DNA from: an uncultured Gemmatimonadales bacterium | GTDB lineage: Bacteria > Gemmatimonadota > Gemmatimonadetes > Gemmatimonadales > GWC2-71-9 | DNA: 64,000 nucleotides | Assembly: GCA_963709905.1 (NCBI GenBank) | Contig: CAVPYI010000001.1 | Span: forward strand, 595,329-659,328 | Reading direction: 5' to 3' | Shown here: piece by piece, positions 8,212 through 21,347 of the stretch | Layout of the letters: every line of letters begins with the position of its first letter | Numbering within the stretch: the stretch's first letter is position 1 | Made by a program: the position numbers and the translations under genes | Notes under the pieces: model-generated | Told to the model about the DNA's origin: nothing | Seen by the model: only the letters and a program-made list of their open reading frames with translations | Databases searched by the model: none

Positions 8212-10347
8212 ATGAACGGCAAAGTATTGCGACGGCATCGGGCGCGGCGCAAGGGGGCGATTATGTTATGCCCCATGCGCCGACCGGGTGCTGTTCTCCT
8301 GTGCCTCGCCCTGCTCCTCTACGGCTCGACCAAACCGCTCCGGGGTCAGGCCTGTCAGCAGGAGGGGCCGCTCGCGCTGGTGCTTTCCGGCGGAGGGGCC
8401 AAGGGGCTGGCTCACGTTGGCGTGATCCGGGTGCTCGACAGCCTCGGCATCGTCCCCGATCTGGTGGTCGGCACGAGCATGGGATCGGTCGTCGGCGCGA
8501 TGTATGCGAGCGGTTACTCTGCCGACCAGATCGAAGACCAGGCCCGGGACCTCGGGCTCGACCGGCTCTTCGCCCGCAACGATCCCCGGACACCCCGGTC
8601 GCTCGGAGACCGGCGGCCGCTGATCGTCTGGGCCCCGGGCGCGGGAGGCTTCCGGACCGGCGAAGCCAGCGCCCGGGAGTCCGCGGTCAATTCCGCGCTC
8701 AACCGGATCCTGCTGCGCGGCAACCTCGCCGCCAGGGGAGACTTCGATTCCCTGCCGATTCCCTTCCGGGCGATCGCCACCGATCTCCGCAACCGCGAGG
8801 CGGTGGTCCTGGCGCTGGGGGACTTGCCGCGATCGGTTCGCGCCAGCATGGCCGTCCCGCTGGTGTTTGATCCGATCCGGATAGACGGTCGCGAGCTGGT
8901 TGATGGCGGGCTGGCGTCGAACATCCCGGTCGCCGCCGCCCGGCAGGCCGGCGCCACCCGGGTCATCGTGTCCGATGTGGGCTGGCGCCCGCCGGATTCG
9001 CTCCAGGCCTCCGATCCCCTGGTCGTGGCCGATCTGCTGGTGGCCTACCTTTTTTCTCAGCCACTCGACTCGCTCGGCATCGACGACCGGCTGATTCGCC
9101 CGGAGGTCGACACCTTCGCCACCCTGGACTTCGCGCCGGAGCGGATCCCGACTATCGTCGCCCTGGGGCATGAGGCGGCCGTCGATACCCTGTCCGCGCA
9201 CCCGCCTTGCACTGCGAGGTCGACACGGTTTGCCCCCCGGAGAATCCGCTCCGCGTATCGGGTCGCCCACATTCGCGTCGCGGAGGGACTGGAGCATGAC
9301 AAGTCGATCCTCGAGCGCCAGCTCGGGGTGCGGGAACGAGATTCGCTCGACGTAGGAGGGGTGCGGGAGCGATTCGCCAGAATCAGCGAATGGGCCGACT
9401 ACCAGGAGGTCTGGATGCTGCCGTCCGGGCCTCCCGACTCGCTCACCCTCACCTTCTCGGTCAAGCCGGCACCGGCTCGCCTGGTGCTGGCTGGTGTGGT
9501 GTACGACAACGACATCGGCGGGCTGATGTGGCTGGGTGGAGTGGAACGTGGCACCCTGATCCGCGGACTGGAGAACTCGGTTACCCTGGTGCTAGGGGAG
9601 CTTCGCCAGGAGTTCGGTGTCGGGTTACGCCCGGTCGCCCTCGGCCGTCAGCCACAACGATGGGTACTCTCCGGGCAGCTGGCGCGAGAAGAAGTGCGCC
9701 AGTTCACGCCCAGCGGCGGGGGCGCCCCGGCAGTCCAGACCAGCGAGGCCTCAGCATTCCTCGGGCTCGAGCGGGGATTCGGAGCGAAGGGGCTCGTCAC
9801 GGCTGGCGGGTTCGGGCACATCTGGGATGCGCCCGGCTCTATCCGTGAGGGCGGCCTGGGAGGCATTGTCCGGTTTGCGAGCGGGCCGCGTTACGCCCCC
9901 ACCGGTGCGTGGGGAGAAGGCGTGCTGACCAACGCCTACCGCCGGGTGCAGGCCGAAGCACGGCTGGTGATTCCGTTGAGGTGGGGTTTGATGGTTGCGC
10001 CGAGTCTCCGATTCGGATGGGGCCGCGACCTTCCCCTGCAGCGGACCTTCTTCCTTGGCGGATTCGATGGATTTCCCGGTCTGAACATCGGGGAGCGCCG
10101 TGGGGACCGGGAGCTGCTGGCTCGGGTTCTGATAACTCGCCGGATGTTCGGCCCGCTGAACCTCCGACTGACGGCGGCCAGTGGTCAGACGGCGTTCGGC
10201 GGCCGAACTCTCCCGCGTGGGCGCTGGCAGGCCGGGGGACGGATAGGCATCGGAGCGGACACACCGATCGGTCCGATCCGGGTAGAGTACGGTCTGGAGC
10301 GAAGCGGGCGCAACGGCGTTCTGGTCCGGGTCGGTGAGTGGTTCTAG
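8212..10347 (+). CDS. patatin-like phospholipase fused to POTRA + Omp85-type beta-barrel (type Vd autotransporter-like, PlpD-like)
   Basis: Patatin motifs [12 protein letters not shown] (oxyanion), GTSMGS (GxSxG) and a DGG element (LVDGGLASN). The C-terminal third has beta-strand periodicity and ends VLVRVGEWF (terminal aromatic). The start may instead be Met at 8263 or 8275, where a signal-like [14 protein letters not shown] follows. Confidence 0.8.
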   Translation: MNGKVLRRHRARRKGAIMLCPMRRPGAVLLCLALLLYGSTKPLRGQACQQEGPLALVLSGGGAKGLAHVGVIRVLDSLGIVPDLVVGTSMGSVVGAMYASGYSADQIEDQARDLGLDRLFARNDPRTPRSLGDRRPLIVWAPGAGGFRTGEASARESAVNSALNRILLRGNLAARGDFDSLPIPFRAIATDLRNREAVVLALGDLPRSVRASMAVPLVFDPIRIDGRELVDGGLASNIPVAAARQAGATRVIVSDVGWRPPDSLQASDPLVVADLLVAYLFSQPLDSLGIDDRLIRPEVDTFATLDFAPERIPTIVALGHEAAVDTLSAHPPCTARSTRFAPRRIRSAYRVAHIRVAEGLEHDKSILERQLGVRERDSLDVGGVRERFARISEWADYQEVWMLPSGPPDSLTLTFSVKPAPARLVLAGVVYDNDIGGLMWLGGVERGTLIRGLENSVTLVLGELRQEFGVGLRPVALGRQPQRWVLSGQLAREEVRQFTPSGGGAPAVQTSEASAFLGLERGFGAKGLVTAGGFGHIWDAPGSIREGGLGGIVRFASGPRYAPTGAWGEGVLTNAYRRVQAEARLVIPLRWGLMVAPSLRFGWGRDLPLQRTFFLGGFDGFPGLNIGERRGDRELLARVLITRRMFGPLNLRLTAASGQTAFGGRTLPRGRWQAGGRIGIGADTPIGPIRVEYGLERSGRNGVLVRVGEWF

Positions 10348-10355
10348 GACCGGGC

Positions 10356-11858
<1,503 letters not shown>

Positions 11859-11886
11859 CCGGGCTTCGCGGGTGCGGGCGGGCCGC

Positions 11887-13443
11887 CTATGATCCCGCGC
11901 CCCCCCCGAGGCTGGCTCGGCGCTCGGTCTCGATGAACGCCGCGGCCTCGGTCTTATCCGGCCGGAGCAGAGAAACCACGATACCGGCGCAGAAACCGAG
12001 CGGCACGGTGACGAGCGCGGGGTTCTTGAGCGGGAACCAGGCGGTGGTCCGGTGGAGGATGTCCACCTGGACCGTGGGCGAGAAGAAGATCAGGAGCACC
12101 GTGGTCACGGTGCCCAGTACCATGGCGGCCACGACCCCGGCGGTTGTTGCCCTGGGCCAGAAGATCGAGAGCGTGAGGGCCGGGAAATTGCCGCTGGCTG
12201 CGATGGCAAAGGCAAGCGAGACCATGAAGGCCACGTTCTGCCCGCGGAAGGTGATGCCGAGAAGTACCGCAACCACTCCGATGACCACGGTCGCCGCCCG
12301 TGCCACCCGCAGCTCCTCGGTCGCATTGGCATGACCGCGGCGCACGACGTGCACCCAAAGGTCGTGTGACAGCGCCGCAGCCCCCGAAAGTGTCAGGCCG
12401 GCCACCACGGCCAGAATCGTGGCAAACGCCACCGCGCCGATGAATCCGAGCAACGGAGTGCCCCCGAGCAACTCCGCCAGCAGCGGAGCGGCCATGTTGC
12501 CGCCGGCGTCCGCCGCCTTGATTGCCTCCGGGCCGACCAGCACCATGGCACCGAACCCGAGCACGAACGTCATCAGATAGAAGGCCCCGATGAGGGCCGT
12601 GGCGTAGAACACGGAACGCCGTGCCGCGGCCGCGTCCGGGACGGTGTAGAACCGCATCAGAATATGCGGCAGACCAGCCGTCCCGAACATCAGCGCCAGA
12701 CCGAGTGAAATCGCGTCCAGCGGTCTGGCCACCAGACCCCCTGGCGCCAGTACGGCGTCGCCGTGACGAGCCGCCGCTTCGGCGAACAACCGGGCGGGAT
12801 TCATGTCGAACCGCGCCAGCACCAGAATCACCAGCAGGGCGGCCCCGGACATCAACAGGACCGCCTTGACGATCTGGACCCAGGTGGTGGCCAGCATTCC
12901 GCCGAACAGCACATAGGCTATCATCGCGGCACCCACCACGATGACCGCTGCTTCGTAGGAGAGGCCGAACAGCAACCGGATCAGACCGCCGGCCCCGACC
13001 ATCTGGGCGATCAGATACAGCGTGACCGTCGCGAGCGTTCCCAGCGCCGCCGCCAGTCGCACCGGGGTCTGCCGCAGCCGAACCGCCAGCACGTCCGCGA
13101 AGGTGTACTTGCCCAGGTTCCGAAGCGGCTCGGCGATGAGAAACAGCATCACCGGCCAGCCCACCAGCCAGCCCGTCGAGTAGATCAGCCCATCGAAACC
13201 GGTCAGCGACACCAGCCCCGCGATGCCCAGGAACGAGGCGGCGCTCATGTAGTCGCCGGCCAGCGCCAGCCCGTTTTGTCCGGCCGTGATGGATCTCCCG
13301 GCCGCGTAAAAATGCTCCGTGGTACGGGTCCGCCGGGCAGCCCACCAGGTGATGGCGAGAGTGGTGGCGAGAAAGAGCAGGAAGAAGGCCTTGGCGACCA
13401 GGCTCGGGGCGCCAAGAGAGGAAGGCGGTGTCTGGAGGAACAT
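11887..13443 (-). CDS. actP: cation/acetate symporter (SSS family), copy 2
   Basis: 518 aa and collinear with copy 1. By eye, roughly 80-85 percent identical over the first 100 aligned residues. Confidence 0.9.
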   Translation of the reverse strand: MFLQTPPSSLGAPSLVAKAFFLLFLATTLAITWWAARRTRTTEHFYAAGRSITAGQNGLALAGDYMSAASFLGIAGLVSLTGFDGLIYSTGWLVGWPVMLFLIAEPLRNLGKYTFADVLAVRLRQTPVRLAAALGTLATVTLYLIAQMVGAGGLIRLLFGLSYEAAVIVVGAAMIAYVLFGGMLATTWVQIVKAVLLMSGAALLVILVLARFDMNPARLFAEAAARHGDAVLAPGGLVARPLDAISLGLALMFGTAGLPHILMRFYTVPDAAAARRSVFYATALIGAFYLMTFVLGFGAMVLVGPEAIKAADAGGNMAAPLLAELLGGTPLLGFIGAVAFATILAVVAGLTLSGAAALSHDLWVHVVRRGHANATEELRVARAATVVIGVVAVLLGITFRGQNVAFMVSLAFAIAASGNFPALTLSIFWPRATTAGVVAAMVLGTVTTVLLIFFSPTVQVDILHRTTAWFPLKNPALVTVPLGFCAGIVVSLLRPDKTEAAAFIETERRASLGGGAGS

Positions 13444-13476
13444 TGGGTGGGAGGCGGTCGAGGGCGGCTGTCAGCG

Positions 13477-13755
13477 CTACCGACCGTCCCTGAGACGCTC
13501 CAGTTCGGGATCGTATTTCTTGTTGGCCCACCGGACGTAGATCCAGGTGAGCACCCAGCAGGAAACGATAACCACGGCGCCGAGGAGGATGCCGAGCGAA
13601 AGACCGGGGGCCAGCAATGTCGCGAGGAGTGGCTTGTTCCAGGCGATGAGACCGATGAATCCGAAGTAGATGACCACCATCAGGGCCGTGAGCGCAAACG
13701 CGATCCGGCGCCGGGCCGCGGCCAGTGCCCGGAGCCGGGCTTCACGGTCGGTCAT
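13477..13755 (-). CDS. DUF485 (YjcH-like) small inner-membrane protein
   Basis: 92 aa with two TM helices, located immediately upstream of actP as in yjcH-actP operons. Confidence 0.85.
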   Translation of the reverse strand: MTDREARLRALAAARRRIAFALTALMVVIYFGFIGLIAWNKPLLATLLAPGLSLGILLGAVVIVSCWVLTWIYVRWANKKYDPELERLRDGR

Positions 13756-13953
13756 TGATCAGGATGCACCCAGCAGGTCCGGCCTGAAAGCCGTCACCGG
13801 GGCCTGGCTTGAGGCCGATCCCGCACTGCCGAATGGCATCGCCGACCCCCCCGGTGTTGGTGCCGGCAGCATGAAAGTCTCCTCGATGCGCCGGCGCTGG
13901 TCGTGAGTCTGCCGTCAAGTTGCTGCGAGGCCCGGCAGGGCGCAACTCGACGG

Positions 13954-14547
13954 TCAAGGGCCGATCAGCAGTACCGCGCCGGGCTGAAGCGTGATCCGCG
14001 CCCCTGCGGGGATCTGGACATACAGATCCCGGCCGGTGGCGGTGAGTGCGGGATATTGACGCCCGATGTCGGCCATCAACGGAGCAAACAGGGCCTCGGG
14101 AAGCGGCAGGCCGTTGACGGTTGCTCCGGCCAGATGAAAACGCACCGCTTCCCTGCCCGCCGGCAGCAGCTCCACCCGCGCCTCGAGGCGGGTATCGGCC
14201 GGCAGCAACATGACCAGCTGTGACAGCGCGGCTCGTGCTTCGCGCGGGAGGTCGCTGATCCGCCCTCCGATCCGGATGGTGCTGGTATCGACGGCGACAC
14301 GGTAACCGAGATCCGGCGGGATCACGTGCACACCCAGCCGGGCCATGAGATACGCCGTGAAATCCCCGCCATCGACCCGGGCGTTCGGCAAGGAGCGGTC
14401 GACGAATACGGAATCCACCCTGGCCGATGCCCGCAATACCCCGGCGGCCGTGATCGGTTGCCAGAGCGAATCAGGCCCGGACTGAGCATCAAGGGCCGGA
14501 GCCAGCAGGGCCGATGCGATGAGCACCACGGCAAGCCCGGCGCGCAT
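13954..14547 (-). CDS. hypothetical secreted protein
   Basis: Internal ATG at 14547 of ORF 13954..14691 gives MRAGLAVVLIASALLAPALDAQ, a signal peptide. No recognisable family. The longer ORF would overlap the DUF350 gene region. Confidence 0.55.
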   Translation of the reverse strand: MRAGLAVVLIASALLAPALDAQSGPDSLWQPITAAGVLRASARVDSVFVDRSLPNARVDGGDFTAYLMARLGVHVIPPDLGYRVAVDTSTIRIGGRISDLPREARAALSQLVMLLPADTRLEARVELLPAGREAVRFHLAGATVNGLPLPEALFAPLMADIGRQYPALTATGRDLYVQIPAGARITLQPGAVLLIGP

Positions 14548-14626
14548 GTCGGAAAGCGGGAGAAGCCCGCATATTGGACGCCAGCTTGCCTCAGCCATCG
14601 CAGCGATCCTGGTGACCGGAGGGCGC

Positions 14627-14830
14627 ATGGAGTGGACCATTATCGGGATGAACTTCCTGTACGCGGCGTTGGGTGTGTGTCTGATGTTCATCTCCTACCG
14701 GGTCATTGACCTGTTGACGCCCCAGGTCAATTTCGCCGAGGAGCTGCGGAAAGGGAACGTGGCCGTGGGGATCTTCCTGGCCGCGATCTTCCTGGCCATC
14801 GCGATCATCATCGGGGGAGCCCTGAATTGA
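14627..14830 (+). CDS. DUF350 small membrane protein
   Basis: ATG at 14627 within ORF 14519..14830 gives MEWTIIGMNFLYAALGVCLMFISYRVIDLLTPQVNFAEELRKGNVAVGIFLAAIFLAIAIIIGGALN. This is the typical DUF350 layout. Confidence 0.8.
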   Translation: MEWTIIGMNFLYAALGVCLMFISYRVIDLLTPQVNFAEELRKGNVAVGIFLAAIFLAIAIIIGGALN

Positions 14831-15450
14831 GTCAGGGACGCCCCGTTGTCAGTCGCTGGACGATCCTCCTCGCGGCCGTGTCGGTCCTGGTCGCCACGCC
14901 GCTCGCCGGGCAGCGGGCAACCGAACGATACGACCCCATTTTCCGGAAGTACGCCAAGCGTTTTTTCGGCGTCGGTTTCGACTGGCGCCTGTTCAAGGCC
15001 CAGGGAATGACCGAGAGCAACCTTGACCCCGCCGCCTCAAGCTGGGCCGGAGCGCGGGGGATCATGCAGCTCATGCCCTCCACTTTTCACGAGGTCCGGT
15101 CCAGGAATCCGGCGTGGGCGTTGATCGACGATCCCGAGTGGAATATCGCGGCGGGCATCCACTACGACCGGCGCCTCTGGCGTCTGTGGCTCGACTCGGT
15201 GGACGCCGGGGACCATCGGCACTTCATGTTCGGGAGTTACAACGCCGGCAGGATCCCCATTCTGCGGGCCCAGAGCCTCGCTCGGCGGCGCGCCCTGGAT
15301 CCCAGATACTGGGCCAGCATCGAGATCGTTGCTCCTCAGGTGAGGAAGTGGCGCCACCGGGAGACGCTCGGTTACATCCGGCGGATCGAGCAGAATCTGG
15401 CCGTGATGGACGAACAGGGGCGAGTTCGCCGGGGGCCCGTCGGCAAGTAG
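14827..15450 (+). CDS. lytic transglycosylase (SLT domain)
   Basis: Catalytic region AQGMTESNLDPAASSWAGARGIMQLMPSTF (E-S ... GLMQ ... P motif) plus an N-terminal signal-like segment. Confidence 0.9.
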   Translation: MSQGRPVVSRWTILLAAVSVLVATPLAGQRATERYDPIFRKYAKRFFGVGFDWRLFKAQGMTESNLDPAASSWAGARGIMQLMPSTFHEVRSRNPAWALIDDPEWNIAAGIHYDRRLWRLWLDSVDAGDHRHFMFGSYNAGRIPILRAQSLARRRALDPRYWASIEIVAPQVRKWRHRETLGYIRRIEQNLAVMDEQGRVRRGPVGK

Positions 15451-15536
15451 CTTTGCCGGCCGACTGCCGCAGCCGGGGCGGTCAAAAGGTTGGAGCGCTC
15501 AAGGGGCTAGGGTGGAATTTGTGCAACCCCCACACC

Positions 15537-15570
15537 CGATATATCGTACGATATAGCGTACAATATAGCG
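15537..15570. promoter_or_regulatory. AT-rich palindromic candidate operator upstream of the PadR gene
   Basis: Perfect 14-bp palindrome ATATCGTACGATAT (15541-15554), overlapping the 12-bp direct repeats CGTACGATATAG / CGTACAATATAG (15545-15568). It ends 12 nt before the PadR start. Confidence 0.5.
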
Positions 15571-15581
15571 GAGCGTGAAAA

Positions 15582-16172
15582 ATGCATAAGCAGCACGATG
15601 ACTGGGGTTTAGGCGATCTCTTCGAGGGTATCTTCGACTGGGGCCATCGTCGGCACCGGGGGTGGCGCGGCGGTGCTCGTCGGCAGCAGATGTTCGAGTC
15701 GGGCGAGTTGCGACTGGTAATCCTCACCCTGCTCAAGGAGAAACCGCGCCACGGTTATGACGTGATGAAGGCGCTCGAGGAACGCTTGGCTGGCTGCTAC
15801 ACCCCCTCAGCCGGCACGGTGTACCCCACGCTCCAACTGCTCGAGGATCAAGGACTGGTCCGGGCCGTCGAGGAGGAAGGAAAAAAGGTCTACCACATCA
15901 CTCCGCTGGGCGAAGCGGAACTCAACAGCCGACGGGACGAGTTCGAGGACATCATCGGGCGGGTCCGGGATACCGTGCGGGACCTCGCCGGAGGGGCCAT
16001 GGGCGACTTGCACCGTGCCTTCGGCCGGGTGGTCTCGAACACATTTCCAGAAGCCTACCGACGGGGACCCGCCGATGCCGGCGTCCGGCGGGTCGCGGAG
16101 ATCCTGCGGAGGACGGCCGAGGAGATCGATCGGGAATGGCGGGCGCCTGGCGATCCTCCTCGGGAGGCGTGA
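15582..16172 (+). CDS. PadR family transcriptional regulator
   Basis: The sequence LRLVILTLLKEKPRHGYDVMKALEERLAGCYTPSAGTVYPTLQLLEDQGLV is a canonical PadR winged-helix domain. Confidence 0.9.
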   Translation: MHKQHDDWGLGDLFEGIFDWGHRRHRGWRGGARRQQMFESGELRLVILTLLKEKPRHGYDVMKALEERLAGCYTPSAGTVYPTLQLLEDQGLVRAVEEEGKKVYHITPLGEAELNSRRDEFEDIIGRVRDTVRDLAGGAMGDLHRAFGRVVSNTFPEAYRRGPADAGVRRVAEILRRTAEEIDREWRAPGDPPREA

Positions 16173-16181
16173 GCTCAGCGT

Positions 16182-16754
16182 CTACAACAGTCCCGACAGC
16201 GGTGCGGCGTAGCTGGCGCTGCGGACCTCAGGCTCGCCGTAGCGCCCCTCGGTCGCGTGCTGCCGGTTCCATTCCTCCCGCAGGCAGAACGGATCCAGCC
16301 CATGCGGCCGGTCCACCGCCAGCACCCCATCGAGATGGTCGATTTCATGCTGTAACAGCTCGGCCCGGTCCCCTTCCAGCTCGACCACGTGCCACTCGCC
16401 TTTGAGGTCCTGATAGCGGACCTTGATCCGGCAGGCCCGGGCCACCCGCACCAACAGCGCCGGGAACGAGAAACAGTCGTCCCAGACGGTGAAGTCTTCG
16501 TTGCTGACATCCACGATCTCAGGGTTGATCAACGGCCAGGGCTTGTCCATCTCGACGTACACGATTCGTACCGGCGCGCCGATCTGAGGGGCCGCGATGC
16601 CCCTCCCATATCCGAACCGCGACTGGAAGTCCCGCAGGGTTTCCCTGAGATCATCGACAACCACCCTCACAGCGGCGGACCCCGGTTTGGCTATGGGCTC
16701 GCAGCGTGCCCGGAGGATCGGGTCGCCAAGCATGCGAATACGGTGGATGGTCAT
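16182..16754 (-). CDS. def: peptide deformylase
   Basis: Motif 1 GIAAPQIG and motif 3 HEIDHLDG are present. The motif 2 position reads DDCFSFP, a variant of EGCLS. Confidence 0.9.
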   Translation of the reverse strand: MTIHRIRMLGDPILRARCEPIAKPGSAAVRVVVDDLRETLRDFQSRFGYGRGIAAPQIGAPVRIVYVEMDKPWPLINPEIVDVSNEDFTVWDDCFSFPALLVRVARACRIKVRYQDLKGEWHVVELEGDRAELLQHEIDHLDGVLAVDRPHGLDPFCLREEWNRQHATEGRYGEPEVRSASYAAPLSGLL

Positions 16755-16795
16755 GACCCGCCCCTGTCAGCGTTGGGAGGATGTGCCCAATCTTG

Positions 16796-16975
16796 TTGTC
16801 ACCGCTATAGATGACAATAGACGTAGTTACAAGTCAGATTTTGCGAGAGTATGAATAGCTACTACTATCATCCGTCAATATCTCAGACCGCTGCTGGCTG
16901 GGCCGCAGTATCTGGTTGGACCGCAAGTGGTTATACATTAATACAACGAATTTGGTGATTATTTGACAATAGCCG
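16796..16975. promoter_or_regulatory. AT-rich divergent def / sufR control region with repeated TGACAATAG motifs
   Basis: Local G+C is far below the flanks. Inverted repeat TTGTCA-N10-TGACAA at 16796-16817. TGACAATAG occurs twice (16812-16820 and 16964-16972). Confidence 0.4.
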
Positions 16976-17070
16976 ACTAACTCATTAGGATTGCGGCCCT
17001 ATGATTGGTACCCGCTCGGCGCCGTCCATCGATTCCGACTCTCCCCCCAGCCTACAAGGGGCCCAGGGGG

Positions 17071-17726
17071 ATGATCCTGGTCGCTCTTAAGCGGAACGGA
17101 TCTCTGAGTACCCGGGAGCTGAGCGGGCAGGTCGGACTCTCGTCCAACGCCATTCGGCACCACTTGAAGGAGCTGGAGAGCGAGGGTGTCATTGGGTACC
17201 GCCGGGAGCAGCGCGGTGTCGGGGCCCCGACCTTCGTCTGGCATCTGAGCCAGCCCGGGGAGGCGCTCTTTCCCCAGCGGTACAAAGAGATGCTCACCGA
17301 GGTGCTCGACCTGGTGGCTGAGCAGACCGGCCGGCAGGCGGTGGTTTCGGCGCTCGAGGCCCGGTTTTCAGAGTTGAGTCTGAAGTTGCGTTCCGAACTG
17401 ATCGGAGCGCCGCCCGAGCAGCGACTGGATGGGTTGATCCGGGCCCTGGTGGAGGGCGGCTACATGGCGGAATGGCGACTTTCCGCTGGCGGGCTCCGAT
17501 TGACGGAGCACAACTGTGCCGTTCGCGCACTGGCGGAGCGCTTCCCGGAGATTTGCGCCGCCGAGGCCCGGTTTCTCGAGGAGGTCCTCGAGGCGACGGT
17601 GAAGCGGGAGGCCTACATGCTGGATGGCTGCAATGCGTGTGAATACAGCGTGCGGTTCGCCGAGCCCGGCGAGCCGGCGCTAACGGTCCTGCAGGGCGCG
17701 AATCCGCAGGGCAACGGGGAGTCCTC

Positions 17727-17730
<4 letters not shown>
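17071..17730 (+). CDS. sufR: SufR-like winged-helix regulator with C-terminal Cys cluster
   Basis: ATG at 17071, preceded by AGGGGG, within ORF 17005..17730. HTH region [30 protein letters not shown]. Four C-terminal Cys residues (HNCAVRAL...EICAAE...DGCNACEY). Its stop overlaps the sufB start. Confidence 0.75.
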
Positions 17731-19178
<1,448 letters not shown>

Positions 19179-19179
19179 A

Positions 19180-19270
19180 AGGTGAGAGTGGGGGTGAGCC
19201 GTGAACCGGGGATTGCAACTCCCGGCTCCACCGTTCACCGCTCACTGCTCACTGTTCACCGCTTACTCAC
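19180..19270. repeat. intergenic element of convergent GTGA-type heptamer arrays (sufB-sufC spacer)
   Basis: Left arm on the plus strand: GTGAGA, GTGAGCC, GTGAACC (19183-19207). Centre: GGGGATTGCAACTCCCGG. Right arm: five in-phase heptamers GTTCACC GCTCACT GCTCACT GTTCACC GCTTACT (19233-19267), which read as GTGA[AG]C-type units on the minus strand. Confidence 0.6.
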
Positions 19271-19284
19271 GACGGAGATCGATA

Positions 19285-20040
19285 GTGCTCGAGATCAAGA
19301 ACCTCCACGCCCGCGCAGGTGAAACGCCGATTCTGAACGGCGTGTCGCTAACCGTGCGGCCCGGCGAGGTGCACGCCATCATGGGGCCCAACGGCTCCGG
19401 CAAGAGTACCCTGGCCCAGGTGCTCGCCGGCCATCCGGCGTACGAAGTCACCGAAGGCACCGTCCTGTACCTTGGGAAGGACCTTCTGGAGATGGAGCCG
19501 GAAGACCGTGCGCAGGCCGGTCTTTTTCTCGCCTTCCAGTATCCGGTCGAGATTCCGGGAGTCTCCAACGCCTATTTCCTTCGCGCGGCGCTCAACGAGA
19601 TTCGCAAGGCCCGGGGGGAAGAGGAGATCGATCCGATCGATTTCATCGACCTGGTGGAGGAAAAGCTCAAGCTGGTCGACTGGGGGCCCGAGATCATGTC
19701 CCGGGCGGTGAACGCCGGGTTCTCCGGAGGGGAGAAGAAGCGCAACGAGATCCTCCAGATGGCGGTCCTGGAGCCGCGCCTCGCGATCCTGGACGAAACC
19801 GACTCCGGCCTGGATATCGACGCGCTCAGAATCGTCGCGGCGGGGGTAAACAAGCTCCGCCGGCCCGAGAACGCGACGATCATCGTGACTCACTACCAGC
19901 GGTTGCTCAATTACATCGTGCCTGACTTCGTGCACGTCCTGGCCGGCGGCCGGATCGCAAAGTCCGGCGGCAAGGAGCTGGCCCACCAGCTCGAGGCCGA
20001 GGGCTACGAGTGGTTGACCGGGGAGGCGATTCCGGCGTGA
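19285..20040 (+). CDS. sufC: Fe-S cluster assembly ATPase SufC
   Basis: In-frame GTG at 19285 within ORF 19201..20040 gives (M)[42 protein letters not shown]. Also has [13 protein letters not shown] and [10 protein letters not shown]. Confidence 0.93.
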   Translation: MLEIKNLHARAGETPILNGVSLTVRPGEVHAIMGPNGSGKSTLAQVLAGHPAYEVTEGTVLYLGKDLLEMEPEDRAQAGLFLAFQYPVEIPGVSNAYFLRAALNEIRKARGEEEIDPIDFIDLVEEKLKLVDWGPEIMSRAVNAGFSGGEKKRNEILQMAVLEPRLAILDETDSGLDIDALRIVAAGVNKLRRPENATIIVTHYQRLLNYIVPDFVHVLAGGRIAKSGGKELAHQLEAEGYEWLTGEAIPA

Positions 20041-21347
20041 CGACGGCCTACCTTCAGGACTACGAATCACAGACCGGGAACGGCGCCGCCACTGGGCATT
20101 GGCTTACCGCGCTCCGGCAGTCGGGGCTCGACCGGTTCCGGGAGGTCGGCTTTCCGACCAGCCGGGATGAGGATTGGCGGTTCCTCAATCTCGTCCCGCT
20201 CACCGGGCAGCAATTCCGTCTCGCAAAGCCCGACGCCTCAGGAGTTCGCGGGCAGGACCTGGCCCCGTACCGGTTTGCCATCCCCGGCATCCACACGCTG
20301 GTGTTCGTCAACGGCCGATACGTGCCGGCGCTGTCCAGCGTCAACGGGCTCCCGGCCGGAGTGACCGTCCTCAGCCTGGCGAGTGCGGTCTCCGCCCACG
20401 GGGACCTCATTCACCGGCATCTGGGGAAGTACGCTCGGCTCGAGGCCGACGGGTTCACGGCGCTCAACACGGCTTTCCTCCGCGACGGTCTGTTCGTGCA
20501 TGTGCCTGCGGGCGCCGAGATTGCGAGCCCGATTCACGCCCTATTCGTCACCGACGAACGCGCCGGCGGTGCGGCGACCCACCCCCGGAACCTCATCGTG
20601 GTGGAGCGGGGCGGCCGGGCGGCAGTCATCGAGAGCCATGTCGGTATTGGCGACGGGGCCTACTTCGTCAATACCGTGACGGAAGCTCTGGTGGGAGACG
20701 GGGCGCGATTCGAGCACGTCAAGATCCAGCGGGAAAGCGAGCGGGCCTTTCATGTCGGGACCACGCACCTCGGGCTCGGACGGGACAGTCACGGGATTTC
20801 CCACTCGGTGAGCTTCGGCGCCGCGCTCTGCCGCAACAACCTGGACGTCGTGCTGGGTGGTCCGGGGATCGAGGCCCAGATGTTCGGGTTCTACATGGGG
20901 CGGGGCAAGCAGGAGGTGGACAACCACACCTCGCTGCTGCATGCCCACCCGAACTGCAGCACCCGCGAGGTCTACAAGGGCATCCTCGACGGCCAGTCCC
21001 ACGGGGTGTTCAACGGCAAGATCTACGTCACGCCGATCGCCCAGAAGACCGACGCCAAGCAGACCAACCGGGCCCTGCTGCTGTCTGATCGGGCAACCAT
21101 CGATACCAAGCCCCAGCTCGAGATCTTCGCCGACGATGTGAAGTGCACTCACGGCGCGACCGTCGGCAAGCTCGATGAGCTGGCGGCGTTCTACCTCAAG
21201 AGCCGTGGTATCAATCAGCCCCTGGCCCGGCGGATCCTGACCTACGCGTTCGCGGCGGAGGTTCTCGAAGAGATTCCGTACGAGCAGGTGCGTACCGCGC
21301 TGGAGGCGGTGGTGATGGCTCGGCTCGAAGAGCGTGGCGACCTGTGA
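20037..21347 (+). CDS. sufD: Fe-S cluster assembly protein SufD
   Basis: GTG at 20037 overlaps the sufC stop (GTGA). C-terminal SufB/D beta-helix region: [22 protein letters not shown]...[31 protein letters not shown]. Confidence 0.9.
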   Translation: MTTAYLQDYESQTGNGAATGHWLTALRQSGLDRFREVGFPTSRDEDWRFLNLVPLTGQQFRLAKPDASGVRGQDLAPYRFAIPGIHTLVFVNGRYVPALSSVNGLPAGVTVLSLASAVSAHGDLIHRHLGKYARLEADGFTALNTAFLRDGLFVHVPAGAEIASPIHALFVTDERAGGAATHPRNLIVVERGGRAAVIESHVGIGDGAYFVNTVTEALVGDGARFEHVKIQRESERAFHVGTTHLGLGRDSHGISHSVSFGAALCRNNLDVVLGGPGIEAQMFGFYMGRGKQEVDNHTSLLHAHPNCSTREVYKGILDGQSHGVFNGKIYVTPIAQKTDAKQTNRALLLSDRATIDTKPQLEIFADDVKCTHGATVGKLDELAAFYLKSRGINQPLARRILTYAFAAEVLEEIPYEQVRTALEAVVMARLEERGDL

